Part shown: one piece after another, positions 10,401 through 20,552 of the stretch
Layout: the number at the start of each line of letters is the position of its first letter
Position numbering within the stretch: position 1 is the stretch's first letter
Assembly: GCA_977862235.1 (NCBI GenBank)
Contig: OZ374559.1
Span: 3,100,001 to 3,136,001, forward strand
Reading direction: 5' to 3'
DNA from: Dudresnaya verticillata
Lineage: Eukaryota
Length of the DNA stretch: 36,001 nucleotides
Notes under the pieces: generated by a model
The model's database searches: none
The model's input: only the letters and a program-made list of their open reading frames with translations
Told to the model about the DNA's origin: nothing
Translations under genes and position numbers: made by a program

Positions 10401-11223
10401 GGCTCTTCGCGCGCGGCGGATCGCGCGCGTCTCCGATATGATTGGACAAAAGCGCTTGGCCCAACTGAACCATCCAAAGTGGGGCCCTCTCGTGACCGCT
10501 GTCGTAGGCGCGTTGGAGCAGTTCGACGCCGCGCGGAACGTCTCGCGGAACATCGATTCCGCCGCTCAGCAGCAAATAGCCCAAATTGGCCATTGCGACG
10601 ACATTTTCGCCCTCCGCGATGGCGCGCTCGAACAGCGCAGCGGCGCGCGGAGCGTCTTTGGCGACGCCGTCGCCGGTTGCGAGGAGAAGGCCCAAATTGA
10701 CCATTGCGTCGACATCTTCGCCCTCCGCGATGGCGCGGTCGTACAGCGCAGCGGCGCGCGGAGCGTCTTTGGCGACGCCGTCGCCGGTTGCGAGGAGAAC
10801 GCCCAAATTGACCATTGCGTCCACATTCGCAAACTCTGCAACGGCTCGTTCGTACAGCGCTGCCGCGCGCTTTGTGTCTTTGACAAAATGGCGCCATCCT
10901 TCAGAGAGATTCCATCCGAGATTGTACAGCGACACCCCGCGCGGATCTCGCGCGTTGGCGCGCTCGACCAGCTCCGCGGCGCGGCGCTCGTCCTTGGGCA
11001 CTCCCGCGGCCCCTTCCTTTAGCAACAGTGCAAGGCCATGCCGCGCTTCGTCATGGTCGCCCTCATCAATCGCTCGCTCGAGCAAGGCGACGGCTCGCAA
11101 AGGCAGAACGGGCCCTCCATCTGATGCGTCCCAAAACGCAAAGGCGAGTGCAACCATGTCGTGGACGTCGGCATTGTCGTCGATAGCTTGGCGAAGGGCA
11201 CGGCGCTGCGGTGTGGCATCCAT
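7417..11223 (-). CDS. Sel1-like repeat - Roc GTPase - COR - TIR protein (ROCO family), 1268 aa, intronless
   Basis: About 8 Sel1 repeats (AMVNLG.LLATGDGVAKD..RAAALY.RA). P-loop GGAARGKT (10099-10122), G3 WDLGGQ (9526-9543), G4 VGTRK. COR motifs VPVRW, FPDPTVILDFIRQV, LDILCRFGIL, IPSLLP, IPPGL. TIR YDVFISHAG..LRCFLDEESL..SKAAAFILSPSF..KWPMLEL..LFPLFY. Confidence 0.92.
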   Translation of the reverse strand: MDATPQRRALRQAIDDNADVHDMVALAFAFWDASDGGPVLPLRAVALLERAIDEGDHDEARHGLALLLKEGAAGVPKDERRAAELVERANARDPRGVSLYNLGWNLSEGWRHFVKDTKRAAALYERAVAEFANVDAMVNLGVLLATGDGVAKDAPRAAALYDRAIAEGEDVDAMVNLGLLLATGDGVAKDAPRAAALFERAIAEGENVVAMANLGYLLLSGGIDVPRDVPRGVELLQRAYDSGHERAPLWMVQLGQALLSNHIGDARDPPRAKSLFQRSIELHRTRTALYELATLLGRGDVGVARDERAAAQLHQQAAHQQVTPLQLGFFSERSQYLVNRIGDTSTLVENTLKTATAKPRQCFLLVLGGAARGKTSTVRSLRSMPFVATHQPTHFVSLSRTLVVPDGPKLDDDIVDQLAFNSEAFHALMSRSGIPVLPTPMERPTSSTASASDAGSFRAGSAFLPTATDASSRPSEKSTARFHLKLPTWLKRAPPTKRTVPQSGDTLASSHTTAQQPPAPPSIAASQSINSQASPIWEAARQGLMSSDFPADNRAALVQCWDLGGQAEYLSVPAIFIRRASIFVFVVDLKRFASEVIQEDEVLELCNWMQMAHASSQTPKNVWVILVGTRKAEVESPEGLFQQLRQKLRKHLGRAVYDDWVREKGDVDKCKCRWVAIENKNSSAEQDRAGSGVVELEKFIKEASEDILDGREEVPVRWAALREAILSDATESQEVFLAMGEVHSHAARLPGFSSDKEEREADVEKCVQFQGQQGHIVEVQTAEGWYVFPDPTVILDFIRQVTGPAEFMRERLGEEEAKEFERSLQTLGQHEAESYENGLIPRKGLDELWCKYLPPVRDVMLDILCRFGILMRLHSTETEGDERKELVGIPSLLPKGWEGFQCPTKEGECEIVLRTIFDDAIPPGLEGYFVAFLHRTIGGERTKPPELRQDAVILSLKGTCRVVVCFVPKKRWIVWTIRCNAVSAMKVAQECLKAMEDFLTRPPHGSNAARNHFLVTDCPSSIQGGCGGSKSVLLSIPQTWVSTEECQALDEAEGKCYCNQLWNYGELKLHILEGVSDGSSHDHFELQDSVTPYDVFISHAGPEKISVAYPLRNALEAMGLRCFLDEESLKVSERTNEEQIRAAIRGSKAAAFILSPSFVARKWPMLELSEFLERKQGPQSPVLFPLFYQLQVEDCKDKQLPYDERFRSVFEDNHFFDHDRQKKVPVTEVMETLAKVTGYIGVRNDVRGETDTQFATRAAEKFSREFAS
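10580..10820 (-). repeat. 111-bp (37-codon) tandem Sel1-repeat units
   Basis: cccaaattg recurs at 10580, 10691 and 10802. The paralogue has it only at 18381 and 18492. Confidence 0.95.
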
Positions 11224-11316
11224 GTCGGCAGGAGCGGGCGGTCGAGCGGGTGGAGACGGTTGGAGATGGGATGGTTGGGGTATGTGTCGGGAGCGGGTGC
11301 ACCAACCGCACGGCTC

Positions 11317-11324
11317 TATTTATG
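11317..11324 (-). promoter_or_regulatory. Possible TATA-like box (CATAAATA) ~94 bp upstream of ROCO ATG; also 19005-19012
   Basis: The only AT-rich run in a GC-rich upstream region, followed on the minus strand by a C-rich leader. Motif and position only. Confidence 0.35.
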
Positions 11325-12102
11325 CAGCGCGGCGCGGTGAAAAGGTAGCCATCCAAACACATCGTGTGGCCTGTCGAAGCTCCACGTTGTAGCACAACGA
11401 CCGTCTTGTTGTCCCCTCCGCAACGCTATTGTTCGGCGTTTGTCCCAACAGGAGAATCACCGGAGGACGGCTCGCTTGGCCCGCCACAACGTTCTGATAA
11501 AAAACGTACGGCCGGTGCCGTCGCCTTATGCGAGCCCTAAGCGCAAGCTACACTTCGGGCCTGTGGCCGCTGGAGCGCATGAATTTGAGGGCCCCTGCAC
11601 GTTGTACATGCGCCGAGAGTCGTGCAATTGTGCCTATTATCTATCGGAGTGCATCCAACAGTAAGAGAGATGGGGGCCTTTATGGTCGGATTCGAAGGGC
11701 ACTAACTAGGTCGCCCCGTCCACTCAAGGACCAAGGACGTACCTGAAGGGCAAGCCGACGGCGATTGATTGCCAGCGCTTGAAAGCGGAGAAGGCGAGAG
11801 AGAGAGATGCAGTTTATTCAGCGAGATGCAAAAAGATATCGCGATATGGCCCAAATAGCAATAGGCCACCAACGGAGTATGCTTGGACTTGCGAGCAAGC
11901 CCTTTGTATTGCTTCAGCAATAGCGTAAGCACGTGATATTTGTGCAGCCCGCCGTTGGTAGGGATGCGCGAGGCGTAGTCGAGAAGAAAAGGCGGCGCAA
12001 GGAAAGTAGGGCCAAGCGATGGCCCGAGTGAATCCTGTACACGCCCCGATGGTCCCGGAACTCGCAACTGCCACAGCCACAAAAGCAACAACAGCACCAC
12101 CA

Positions 12103-12141
12103 CTTTCGCCATTGCGAAGGCAGTCACCGCAATGGCGAAAG
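12103..12141. repeat. Perfect 14-bp inverted repeat with 11-nt loop; second copy 19794-19832
   Basis: ctttcgccattgcg-aaggcagtcac-cgcaatggcgaaag. Confidence 0.9.
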
Positions 12142-12868
12142 CAGTCAACCGCTCTTAGAACAAACTCGGGCCCATTGAATGCTTTTTAAAGTGGCGCAAG
12201 GGAGAGAGCGCAGTACTCCTCCCCAAAGCCAATCTCCGGCCTCGCCCTGGATCTGCTGCGCATCCGAGCCCGGCCGTTCCGTCCTCTGAAGCACCCGCAT
12301 TTCTCGGAGTCCAGACTCCGCCTCATCGCGTAATCCATCGACCTCGTCTTCCACCTTCTTCACCGTTCGCCTCCTGTCGCAGACTTGAAACCAAGAAAAT
12401 CACGAAAACAATAAATCCGCCATCCATGCCGTTTCAGCAGATGCCCTAATGTATACACCGCTTGTTGTACCACGGGCTCTTTACGAGTCTATAGCAACCA
12501 TAACTGCATTGCCGGATGGTAGACGTTTCTACCGCTTTGCTCAGGAACGGTCACCCGCGCACTTTTGCCAAGACCGTGAGAGGCGGCCGATTTATACCCC
12601 CATCTTTTTCTTCGGATAGCCCCGTCGCCTACGATCTCAAGCGTTCAACAAACAGCCTTGTGTTCTGCAGATTAGAAAAGGACAGCTCCGGTTTCCTTCC
12701 TGAGGAACGCGCAGCAGCCCTTCTTCACCTCTGTAAACGACCTCGAGAAAAGTCACCGAGCTCAAATTCGATGCGAATTGACGAGGGTGCAATAGAAACC
12801 GGGGCTTCAGAGCTGCGTTATACGAGCATATGTGCCAGCTACTTCTGGACAGGATGTCTTGAGTTTAC

Positions 12869-14088
12869 GAGAACATCGACCAGAAAGGACGATTGGTGCT
12901 GACCTTCGTGACATGCTGACGGCTCTAGAGGCAACCCCAGAGCGCATGTTGAAGATTATAGAGTTGCTTTTGAAGATTATAGAGTTGCTTTGAAGCTCCC
13001 GAATGAAAAGCGTCTGTTTGCGGTAGTCTTTGTTCAGTATTCGAAGACCCCGGCGGGGACATGGTGCCGGAATAGATGGTCTTGTACACGCGGGCGGTGC
13101 GCGGGATGATGGATGCGTGCGGATGGAAGGACGGGAAACTGCTGGCGCATATCCACGAGAAGTGGGAGTTGCAGACGACAAACACGCTGGAGTGTTTGGC
13201 AGCAGGTTGCGACGGGATGTGGAGCAGACTGTACGTGGAGGGTGTAGCGATGGGCATGCGTACTTGACGGTGGTGTTGATGAACTTGTACGGCTGGGGAA
13301 TAAGAAGGTGCTGTCCCAGTACCGGTACCAGGAGTTTCCGAAGGAAGCGATCAAGGTTACACGGCTGACGACGCTGATGGACCCGCACCCCAAGCAGTGC
13401 GTGTGCAGAGAGCGAGAGCTGGACCTTGTATTTGACTCGGGCTGTATGGCGGGGGTGGTTTCAACATGGCAGAGCTTTTCGGGGAGCGCGAGACGAACCG
13501 GATGACAACGCTAGCGTCGCCGAACATGGTCGTGAACAGGCTCAAGTACTTGTTTGGTGCCGACGCGAATTTTACATAGGGATTGGCGCAGAAGATGCTG
13601 GTGCAGATGCTAGTGGACCTGATTGCCGGACGGAAGTAGGAGTACCAGAGCGCGATGGGACTGACGGTGTTGTTCGGCGGGTGCGGGGGGAAGGTGACGG
13701 GGAAGATGAGCGAGGCAGTTGCTCGCGTGCAGATTCAGAACGCTCACAACCATAAGGCGATTGCGGATGTCCGCAAGGTGGCGTGGGACGTTTGGGAGTC
13801 GAAGCAGGCGCGGAAGCAGGACGGGGCGCAGGACTTTGACTCGTTCTACCTCGGGTTCCTCGCGCCGTACTTTGGGTGCTGCCTTGCAAGGACACCAAGC
13901 GGGTGCTGGGCAGGATAGAAATGGACAAGGACGGGGTGGTGGACTGGGAGGAGTTTCTTTTGTACGTCAAGTGGGCTCTCGCGCAATACCACGAGACGAG
14001 CGACGCGGACACGGCGATTGAGATCGCGTTGCAGAAGGGGTTGACCCCGGGGATGAGGAACGTTAAGGTGGGTAACCCGGGGATACAA
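12869..14088 (+). pseudogene. DRE-TIM + EF-hand pseudogene, copy B (more diverged)
   Basis: LLAHIHEKWELQTTNTLECLAAGCDGMWS and RIEMDKDGVVDWEEFLLYVKWAL. Many frameshifts and a 21-bp tandem duplication at 12949-12990. Confidence 0.6.
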
Positions 14089-15233
14089 AGCGGGCCTTTG
14101 CGCGGCAGCCGGCGTCGGACGAAGAGTCGGCGAGGGCACAAGGGCCGGAGATTGAGATGCAACCGTGTAGCAGTGTTATGGTAATGCTCGTTATGAATAT
14201 GAAATCTGTTATGGCAGAAATCTCGGCCTCGGCGGCATCGCAACTGTCATTTTAACTCGGTCATTCCTTTGCTTTCAAAACTGGTCTCTATCCGTACTCT
14301 CTTTTCTGCTTGTGCCCTCGGCCCACCGCCAAGAGCAACTATTCCGCAAACCATCTTGGAGTGACCAGAATGTGGCCATGGAACATTTCTTGGCATACGA
14401 CTTGCACTGACAAGGGAAAAGAGCAAGTGAGAGAGAGAAAATGTGTGTGGATGTGTGATATGATGACAGTTACCGTTCTCAAAAGTGATGCAAGTCCCTG
14501 CGCCTGGCATCTAGGCAGCAAGCGCACCTGCAATCGTTGAACAAACAGCTTTGTGTTGTGCAGATTGTAAAACGAAAAAACCCGGTCTCCTTCCTTGCCC
14601 AGCAGCCCTTCTTCACATTCTTCACCTTTTTAGATGATCTCGACAAAAGTCGCTGGGCTTTAGTTTGATGTGAATTGACGAGGACGAAATAGAAACCGGG
14701 GCTTCAGAGCTGCGTTATATCCAGGTCACAATATTGCCACATGGTTGCTTTCAATCTGCAGAGCACACGCACTTACTACACTTTTCGTCTCCTCTCCTTC
14801 GTCCCCGGGTCCCGTAAATTAATGGTCGCCATATCGGCATTTTCCCGAGTAACCAAATTCGTTTCCTTAGCTCAACTACGTCCAGACAGCCTACTTTTTT
14901 GAAGTCTAATAGGTATTATTAGTTAAGTACAACAAGTTGTATTAAAAATAAAGTGATATACAGGTAGTGTGTAGTGTGGTAGGACGTGTCCAAACTAGTT
15001 TATATATTGATCATCCATAAACTCAAGCTTCATGCTTTCGTAAAGTGACGTTTACCCCCTCCATAAACCCCGAGGGTATTGTTCGCAATGACCTGCTATC
15101 AGAAGCAAGCGCCAATATTCTGGCACTTTGGAGCTCGAAAAGCTTTGGCCAGAGAGAAAGAGGAAGCAAAAAAGGTATCTCGTGGCAGTCCAGGTAGCGA
15201 TGTAACAGACAAGGAGGGGTGGCGGGACATAAT

Positions 15234-18200
15234 TTACTTAAGAGCCTCGAACAACATATGTGCAGCTCTCTTGGCGAACTCATTTTCCGATTCTCCTTGA
15301 TCGTTCCGAGCACCAGTATATTTCGTCACCGCTGCAACTGTGTCCATTACCTTCGACTCTTTCCCGAACTCGCGTTCAAAGAAGCGATTCTCTTTAAACT
15401 CTCGCCAAAATCGGTCGTCGAACGGAAGCTGTTTGTCCTTACAATCTCCGTACTCGAGTTTGTAGAACAGCGGGAACAGCACAAGGCGCGGTGATCCTTG
15501 TTTGCGCTTGAGAAATTCTGAAAGCTCCAACAGCGGCCACTTGCGAGAGACAAACGACGATGACAGGATGAAGACGGCAGCTTTGCTGCCCCGGACCGCT
15601 GGCCAGATCCGTTCATCAGTTGTTTGCGTGGAAACCCTCAGACTCTCTTCATCCAGAAAACAACGCAAGCCCTTCTCCATCAACGCACTTCGCAGCGGGT
15701 ATGCAAGCGACTCCTTATCTGGCCCTGCGTGGCTGATAAATACATCGAAAGGTCTTGCAGCTAGTCGCACGTCAACAGGACGCGGACCTGAGCCCGCACT
15801 TGCTCCTTTGAGGATGTGCGGCTTCAATCGCTTGAAAGTCCAAAGCTGCTCGCAAACGCAAGTGCCTTCTGCTGGGTCCAGTGGCTGGCACTGCGTACTT
15901 GTTACCCAACTCCGACGGATACCCAACTGCACGCTACTGGAACTTCCACACCCCCCGCGCAATTCCTTAGGGCAGTCGGTGATCAGATAGTCTTTCCAGC
16001 TTGCATTGGTCCCATGCAGTGGTCCCTTCAAAAAACTTTCCATGCCCCGCAAACACTGGTGCGCAACCTGCACTGCTTCATCGGCATCCGCCCTTATAGT
16101 CCAGTCGATCCATCTCTTTTCTGGAATAAAGCGAACCACGACTCTGCATGTCCCGCAAGGGCCAGGATGACGGCATCTTGACGAAGCTCGGGCGGTTTTG
16201 TCCGCTCTCTTCCAATGGTTCGGTGAAGGTACGCGATCAGTGACCCTGTCAGACTTGGCGGAATGGTATCAACAAACTCTGTTCGTAAACTTATTTCACT
16301 CTCTCCGTCCTTTGTGTCACACGAGAACCCTTCCCAACCCTTTGGCAGCAGTGAAGGTATCCCGATTAGCTCGTTCTGTTCACCGTCCGCTCCTTCCACA
16401 GCCTGAAGGCGCATGAGGATGTCAAATTGACAAAGAATGTCAAGCATGACTTTTCGGACAGCCGATGGGTATTTACACCACAGTACCTCCAGTCCTTCAC
16501 GGGGTATCAACCCATTCCGATAACCGTCTGCTTCATGCTTTCCCAGAGTCTGTAAAGTCCTTTCAAACTCTTTCGCTTCTTCTTCACCCAGTCTTTCTCG
16601 CATAAACTCAGCCGGGCCCGTGACCTGCCGAATAAAGTCCAGAATAACTGTTGGATCTGGGAACACGAACCATCCCTCGCCCGTCTGCACTTCTACGATA
16701 TGGCCCTGCTGACTCTGGAATTGGACGCATTTCTCAACGTCGGCTTCTCTCTCCTCCTTGTCACTAGAGAATCCGGGAAGTCTTGCAGCTTGGCTCTGGA
16801 CTTCTGCCATTGCCAGAAAGACCTTTTGACTTTCAGTGGCGTGTGACCAAATGGCTTCCCTGAGGGCAGCCCATCGAACTGGAACTCGTTCCCTTCCGTC
16901 AAGAATGTCTTCACTCGCTTCCTTGATAAACTTCTCCAGTTCTACAACGCCTGACCCGGCACGGTCTTGTTCAGCACTGCTGTTCTTGTTCTCGATGGCA
17001 ACCCACCGACACTTGCATTTGTCGACATCGCCCTTCTCACATACCCAGTCATTGTAGACAGCCCTTCCAAGATGCTTTCGCAGTTTTTGTCGCAGCTGCT
17101 GAAACAAGTCTTCAGGGCTTTCAACTTCTGCCTTCCTGGTTCCCACCAGGATCACCCAAACGTTTTTCGGGGTTTGCGAAGACGTATGTGCCATTTGCAT
17201 CCAGTTGCATAGTTCCAACACTTCGTCCTCTTGGGTGACTTCTGACGCAAACCTTTTCAGATCTACCACGAAAACAAAAATGGAAGCGCGGCGGATGAAG
17301 ATTGCGGGAACACTGAGGTACTCTGCCTGACCCCCAAGGTCCCAGCATTGCACCAACGCAGCGCGATGGTCCTCAGGAAAAACGTTACTCATGAGCCCTT
17401 GTCGTGCTGCTTCCCAAATGGGAGACGATAGGGAGTTTATAGACTGCGAAGCAGCAATACTGGGCGGAGCTGGTGGTTGTTGAGCAGTGGTATGGCTGCT
17501 TGCCAATGTGTCTCCACTCTGGGGAACGGTCCTCTTGGTCGGAGGAGCTCGCTTGAGCCAAGTGGGGGGTTTAAGGTGCAATCTTGCGGTGGATTTTTCA
17601 CTCGGCCGCGATGATGCATCAGTTGCAGTTGGGGGAAACGCCGATCCAGCTCGAAAGGAGCCGGCATCGGATGCACTTGCTGTAGATGACGTTGGTCGTT
17701 CCGTTGGCGTGGGTACCTCTTGAATACGTGACCGTGAAATGAGGGCATGGAAGGCCTCGCTGTTGAAGGCGAGCTGGTCGACAATGTCATCGTCCAACTT
17801 GGGGCCGTCCGGGACGACAAGAGTGCGACTCAGCGACACAAAGTGTGTCGGCTGGTGGGTGGCAACGAGGGGCATGGAGCGCAGGCTCCTTACCGTGCTT
17901 GTCTTGCCGCGTGCCGCACCGCCGAGAACAAGAAGAAAGCACTGCCGTGGCTTTGCTGTGGCGGTCTTGAGGGTGTTTTCAACAAGTGTGCTAGTGTCAC
18001 CGATGCGGTTAAGAAGGTATTGCAAGCGGCTGCCGAAGAATTCAAGCTCAAGAGGCGTTACCTGTTGATGCGCTGCTTGTTGATGCAGTTGGGCTGCTGC
18101 GGGCTCATCGCGAGCAACACCGACATCTCCGCGGCCAAGCAATGTGGCGAGCTCATAGAGTGCGGCGCGGGAGCGATGGAGTTCGATTGAGCGTTGGAAG

Positions 18201-18911
18201 AGGCTCTTCGCGCGCGGCGGATCGCGCGCGTCTCCGATATGATTGGACAAAAGCGCTTGGCCCAACTGAACCATCCAAAGTGGGGCCCTCTCGTGACCGC
18301 TGTCGTAGGCGCGTTGGAGCAGTTCGACGCCGCGCGGAACGTCTCGCGGAACATCGATTTCGCCGCTCAGCAGCAATTCGCCCAAATTGGCCATTGCGGC
18401 GACATTTTCGCCCTCCGCGATGGCGCGGTCGTACAGCGCAGCGGCTCGCGGAGCGTCTTTGGCGACGCCGTCACCGGTTGCGAGGAGAAAGCCCAAATTG
18501 ACCATTGCGTTGGCATTCGCAAACTCTGCAACGGCTCGTTCGTACAGCGCTGCCGCGCGCTTTGTGTCTTTGACAAAATGGCGCCATCCGATATGAAGAC
18601 GCACTCCGAGATTGAACAGCGACACCCCGCGCGGATCTCGCGCGTTGGCGCGCTCGACCAGCTCCGCGGCGCGGCGCTCGTCCCTGGGCACTCCCGCGCC
18701 ACCTTCCTTCAGCAACTGCAAGGCCATGCCGTGCTTCGTCATGGTCGCCCTCACCAATCGCTCGCTCGAGCAAGGCGACGGCTTGCAAAGGTAGAACAGG
18801 CCCTCCATCTGAAGCGTCCCAGTACGCAAATGCGAGTGCAACCATGTCGTCGACGTCGGCATTGTCGTCGATAGCTTGGCGAAGGGCACGGCGCTGCGGT
18901 GTGGCATCCAT
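15234..18911 (-). pseudogene. Second Sel1-Roc-COR-TIR gene, with two frameshifts and a divergent C-terminal half
   Basis: Same start MDATPQRRAL at 18911. 2-bp deletion at 18716/18717 and 1-bp loss in the C-run at 16152-16154 relative to copy 1. TIR FDVFISHAGPDK..KWPLLEL lies in ORF 15234-16139. Confidence 0.9.
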
Positions 18912-20552
18912 GTCGGCAGGAGCGGGCGGTCAAGCGGGTGGAGACGGTTGGAGATGGGATGGTTGGGGTATGTGTCGGGAGCGGGTGCACCAACCGCACG
19001 GCTCTATTTATGCCGCGCGGCGCGGTGAAAAGGTAGCCATCCAAACACATCGTGTGGCCTGTCGAAGCTCCATGTTGTAGCACAACGACCTTCTTGTTGT
19101 CCCCGCCGCAGCGCTATTGTTCGGCTTTTGTCCCAACAGGAGAATCACCGGAGGACGGCTCACTTGGCCCTCCACAACGTTCTGATAAAAAAACGTACGG
19201 CCGGTGCCGTCGCCTTATGCGAGCCCTAAGCGCAAGCTACACTTCGGGCTTGTGGCCGCTGGAGCGCATGAATTTGAGGGCCCCTGCACGTTGTACATGC
19301 GCCGAGAATCGTGCAATTGTGCCTATTATCTATCGGAGTGCATCCAACAGTAAGAGAGATGGGGGCCTTTATGGTCGGATTCGAAGGGCACTAACTAGGT
19401 CGCCCCGTCCACTCAAGGACCAAGGACGTACCTGAAGTGCAAGCCGACGGCGATTGATCGCCAGCGCTTGAAAGCGGAGAAGGCGAGAGAGAGAGAGATG
19501 CACTTTATTCAGCGCGATGCAAAAGAATATCGCGATATGGCCCAAGTAGCAATAGGCCACCAACGGAGTATGCTTGGACTTGCGAGCAAGCCCTTTGTAT
19601 TGCTTCAGCAATAGCGTAAGCGCGCGATATTTGTGCACCCCGCCGTTCGTAGGGATGCGCGAGGCGTAGTCGAGAAGAAAAGGCGGCGCAAGGAAGGTAG
19701 GGCCAAGCGATGGCCCGAGTGAATCCTGTACACGCCCCGATGGTCCCGGAACTCGCAACTGCCACAGCCACAAAAGCAACAACAGCACCACCACTTTCGC
19801 CATTGCGAAGGCAGTCACCGCAATGGCGAAAGCAGTCAACCGCTCTTAGAACAAACTCGGGCCCATTGAATGCTTTTTAAAGTGGCGCAAGGGAGAGAGT
19901 GCAGTACGCTTCCCCAAAGCCAATCTCCGGCCTCGCCCTGGATCTGCTGCGCATCCCAGCCCGGCCGTTCCGTCCTCTGAAGCACTCGCATTTCTCCGAG
20001 GCCAGACTCCGCCTCATCGCGTAATCCATCGACCTCGTCTTCCACCTTCTTCACCGTTCGCCTCCTGTCGCAGACTTGAAACCAAGAAAATCACGAAAAC
20101 AATAATTCCGCCATCCATGCCGTTTCAGCAGATGCCCAAATGTATACACCGCTTGTTGTACCACGGGCTCTTTACGAGTCTATAGCAACCATAACTGCAT
20201 TGCCGGATGGTAGGCGTTTCTACCGCTTTGCTCAGGAACGGTGACCCACGCACTTTTGCCCAGACCGTGAGAGGCGGCCGATTTATACCCCCATCCTTTT
20301 CTTCGGATAGCCCTGTCGCCTACGATCTCAAGCGTTCAACAAACAGCCTTGTGTTCTGCAGATTAGAAAACGACAGCTCCTGTTTCCTTCCTCTCCCAGC
20401 AGCCCTTCTTCACCTCTTTAGAAGACCTCTAGAAAAGTCATTGAGCTCAAGTTTGATGAGAATTGACGAGGGTGAAATAGACACCGGGGCTTCAGAGCTA
20501 CGTAATAAAAGGATATGTGCCAGCTACTGCTGTACAGGATTTTGGGTTTACT

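Larger units (their letters stand above)
8757..12680. repeat. Segmental duplication, copy of ~16558-20370 (5' two-thirds of ROCO gene, upstream region, start of EF-hand block)
   Basis: Near-identical sequence at an offset of ~7.7-7.8 kb, e.g. 11221-12270 vs 18909-19961. Similarity drops left of 8757/16558 and right of ~12680. Confidence 0.92.

Noticed and set aside
10257..11395. Many overlapping 100-270 aa ORFs on both strands (also 18058-19083 and within pol)
   Set aside because: Shadow frames of GC-rich, repetitive coding DNA.
11702..12148. Hydrophobic, signal-peptide-like ORF upstream of each ROCO gene (also 19369-19839)
   Set aside because: Non-ATG start, the hydrophobic run comes from a low-complexity CAA/CAC tract, and the copies differ by a frameshift in a GA microsatellite.
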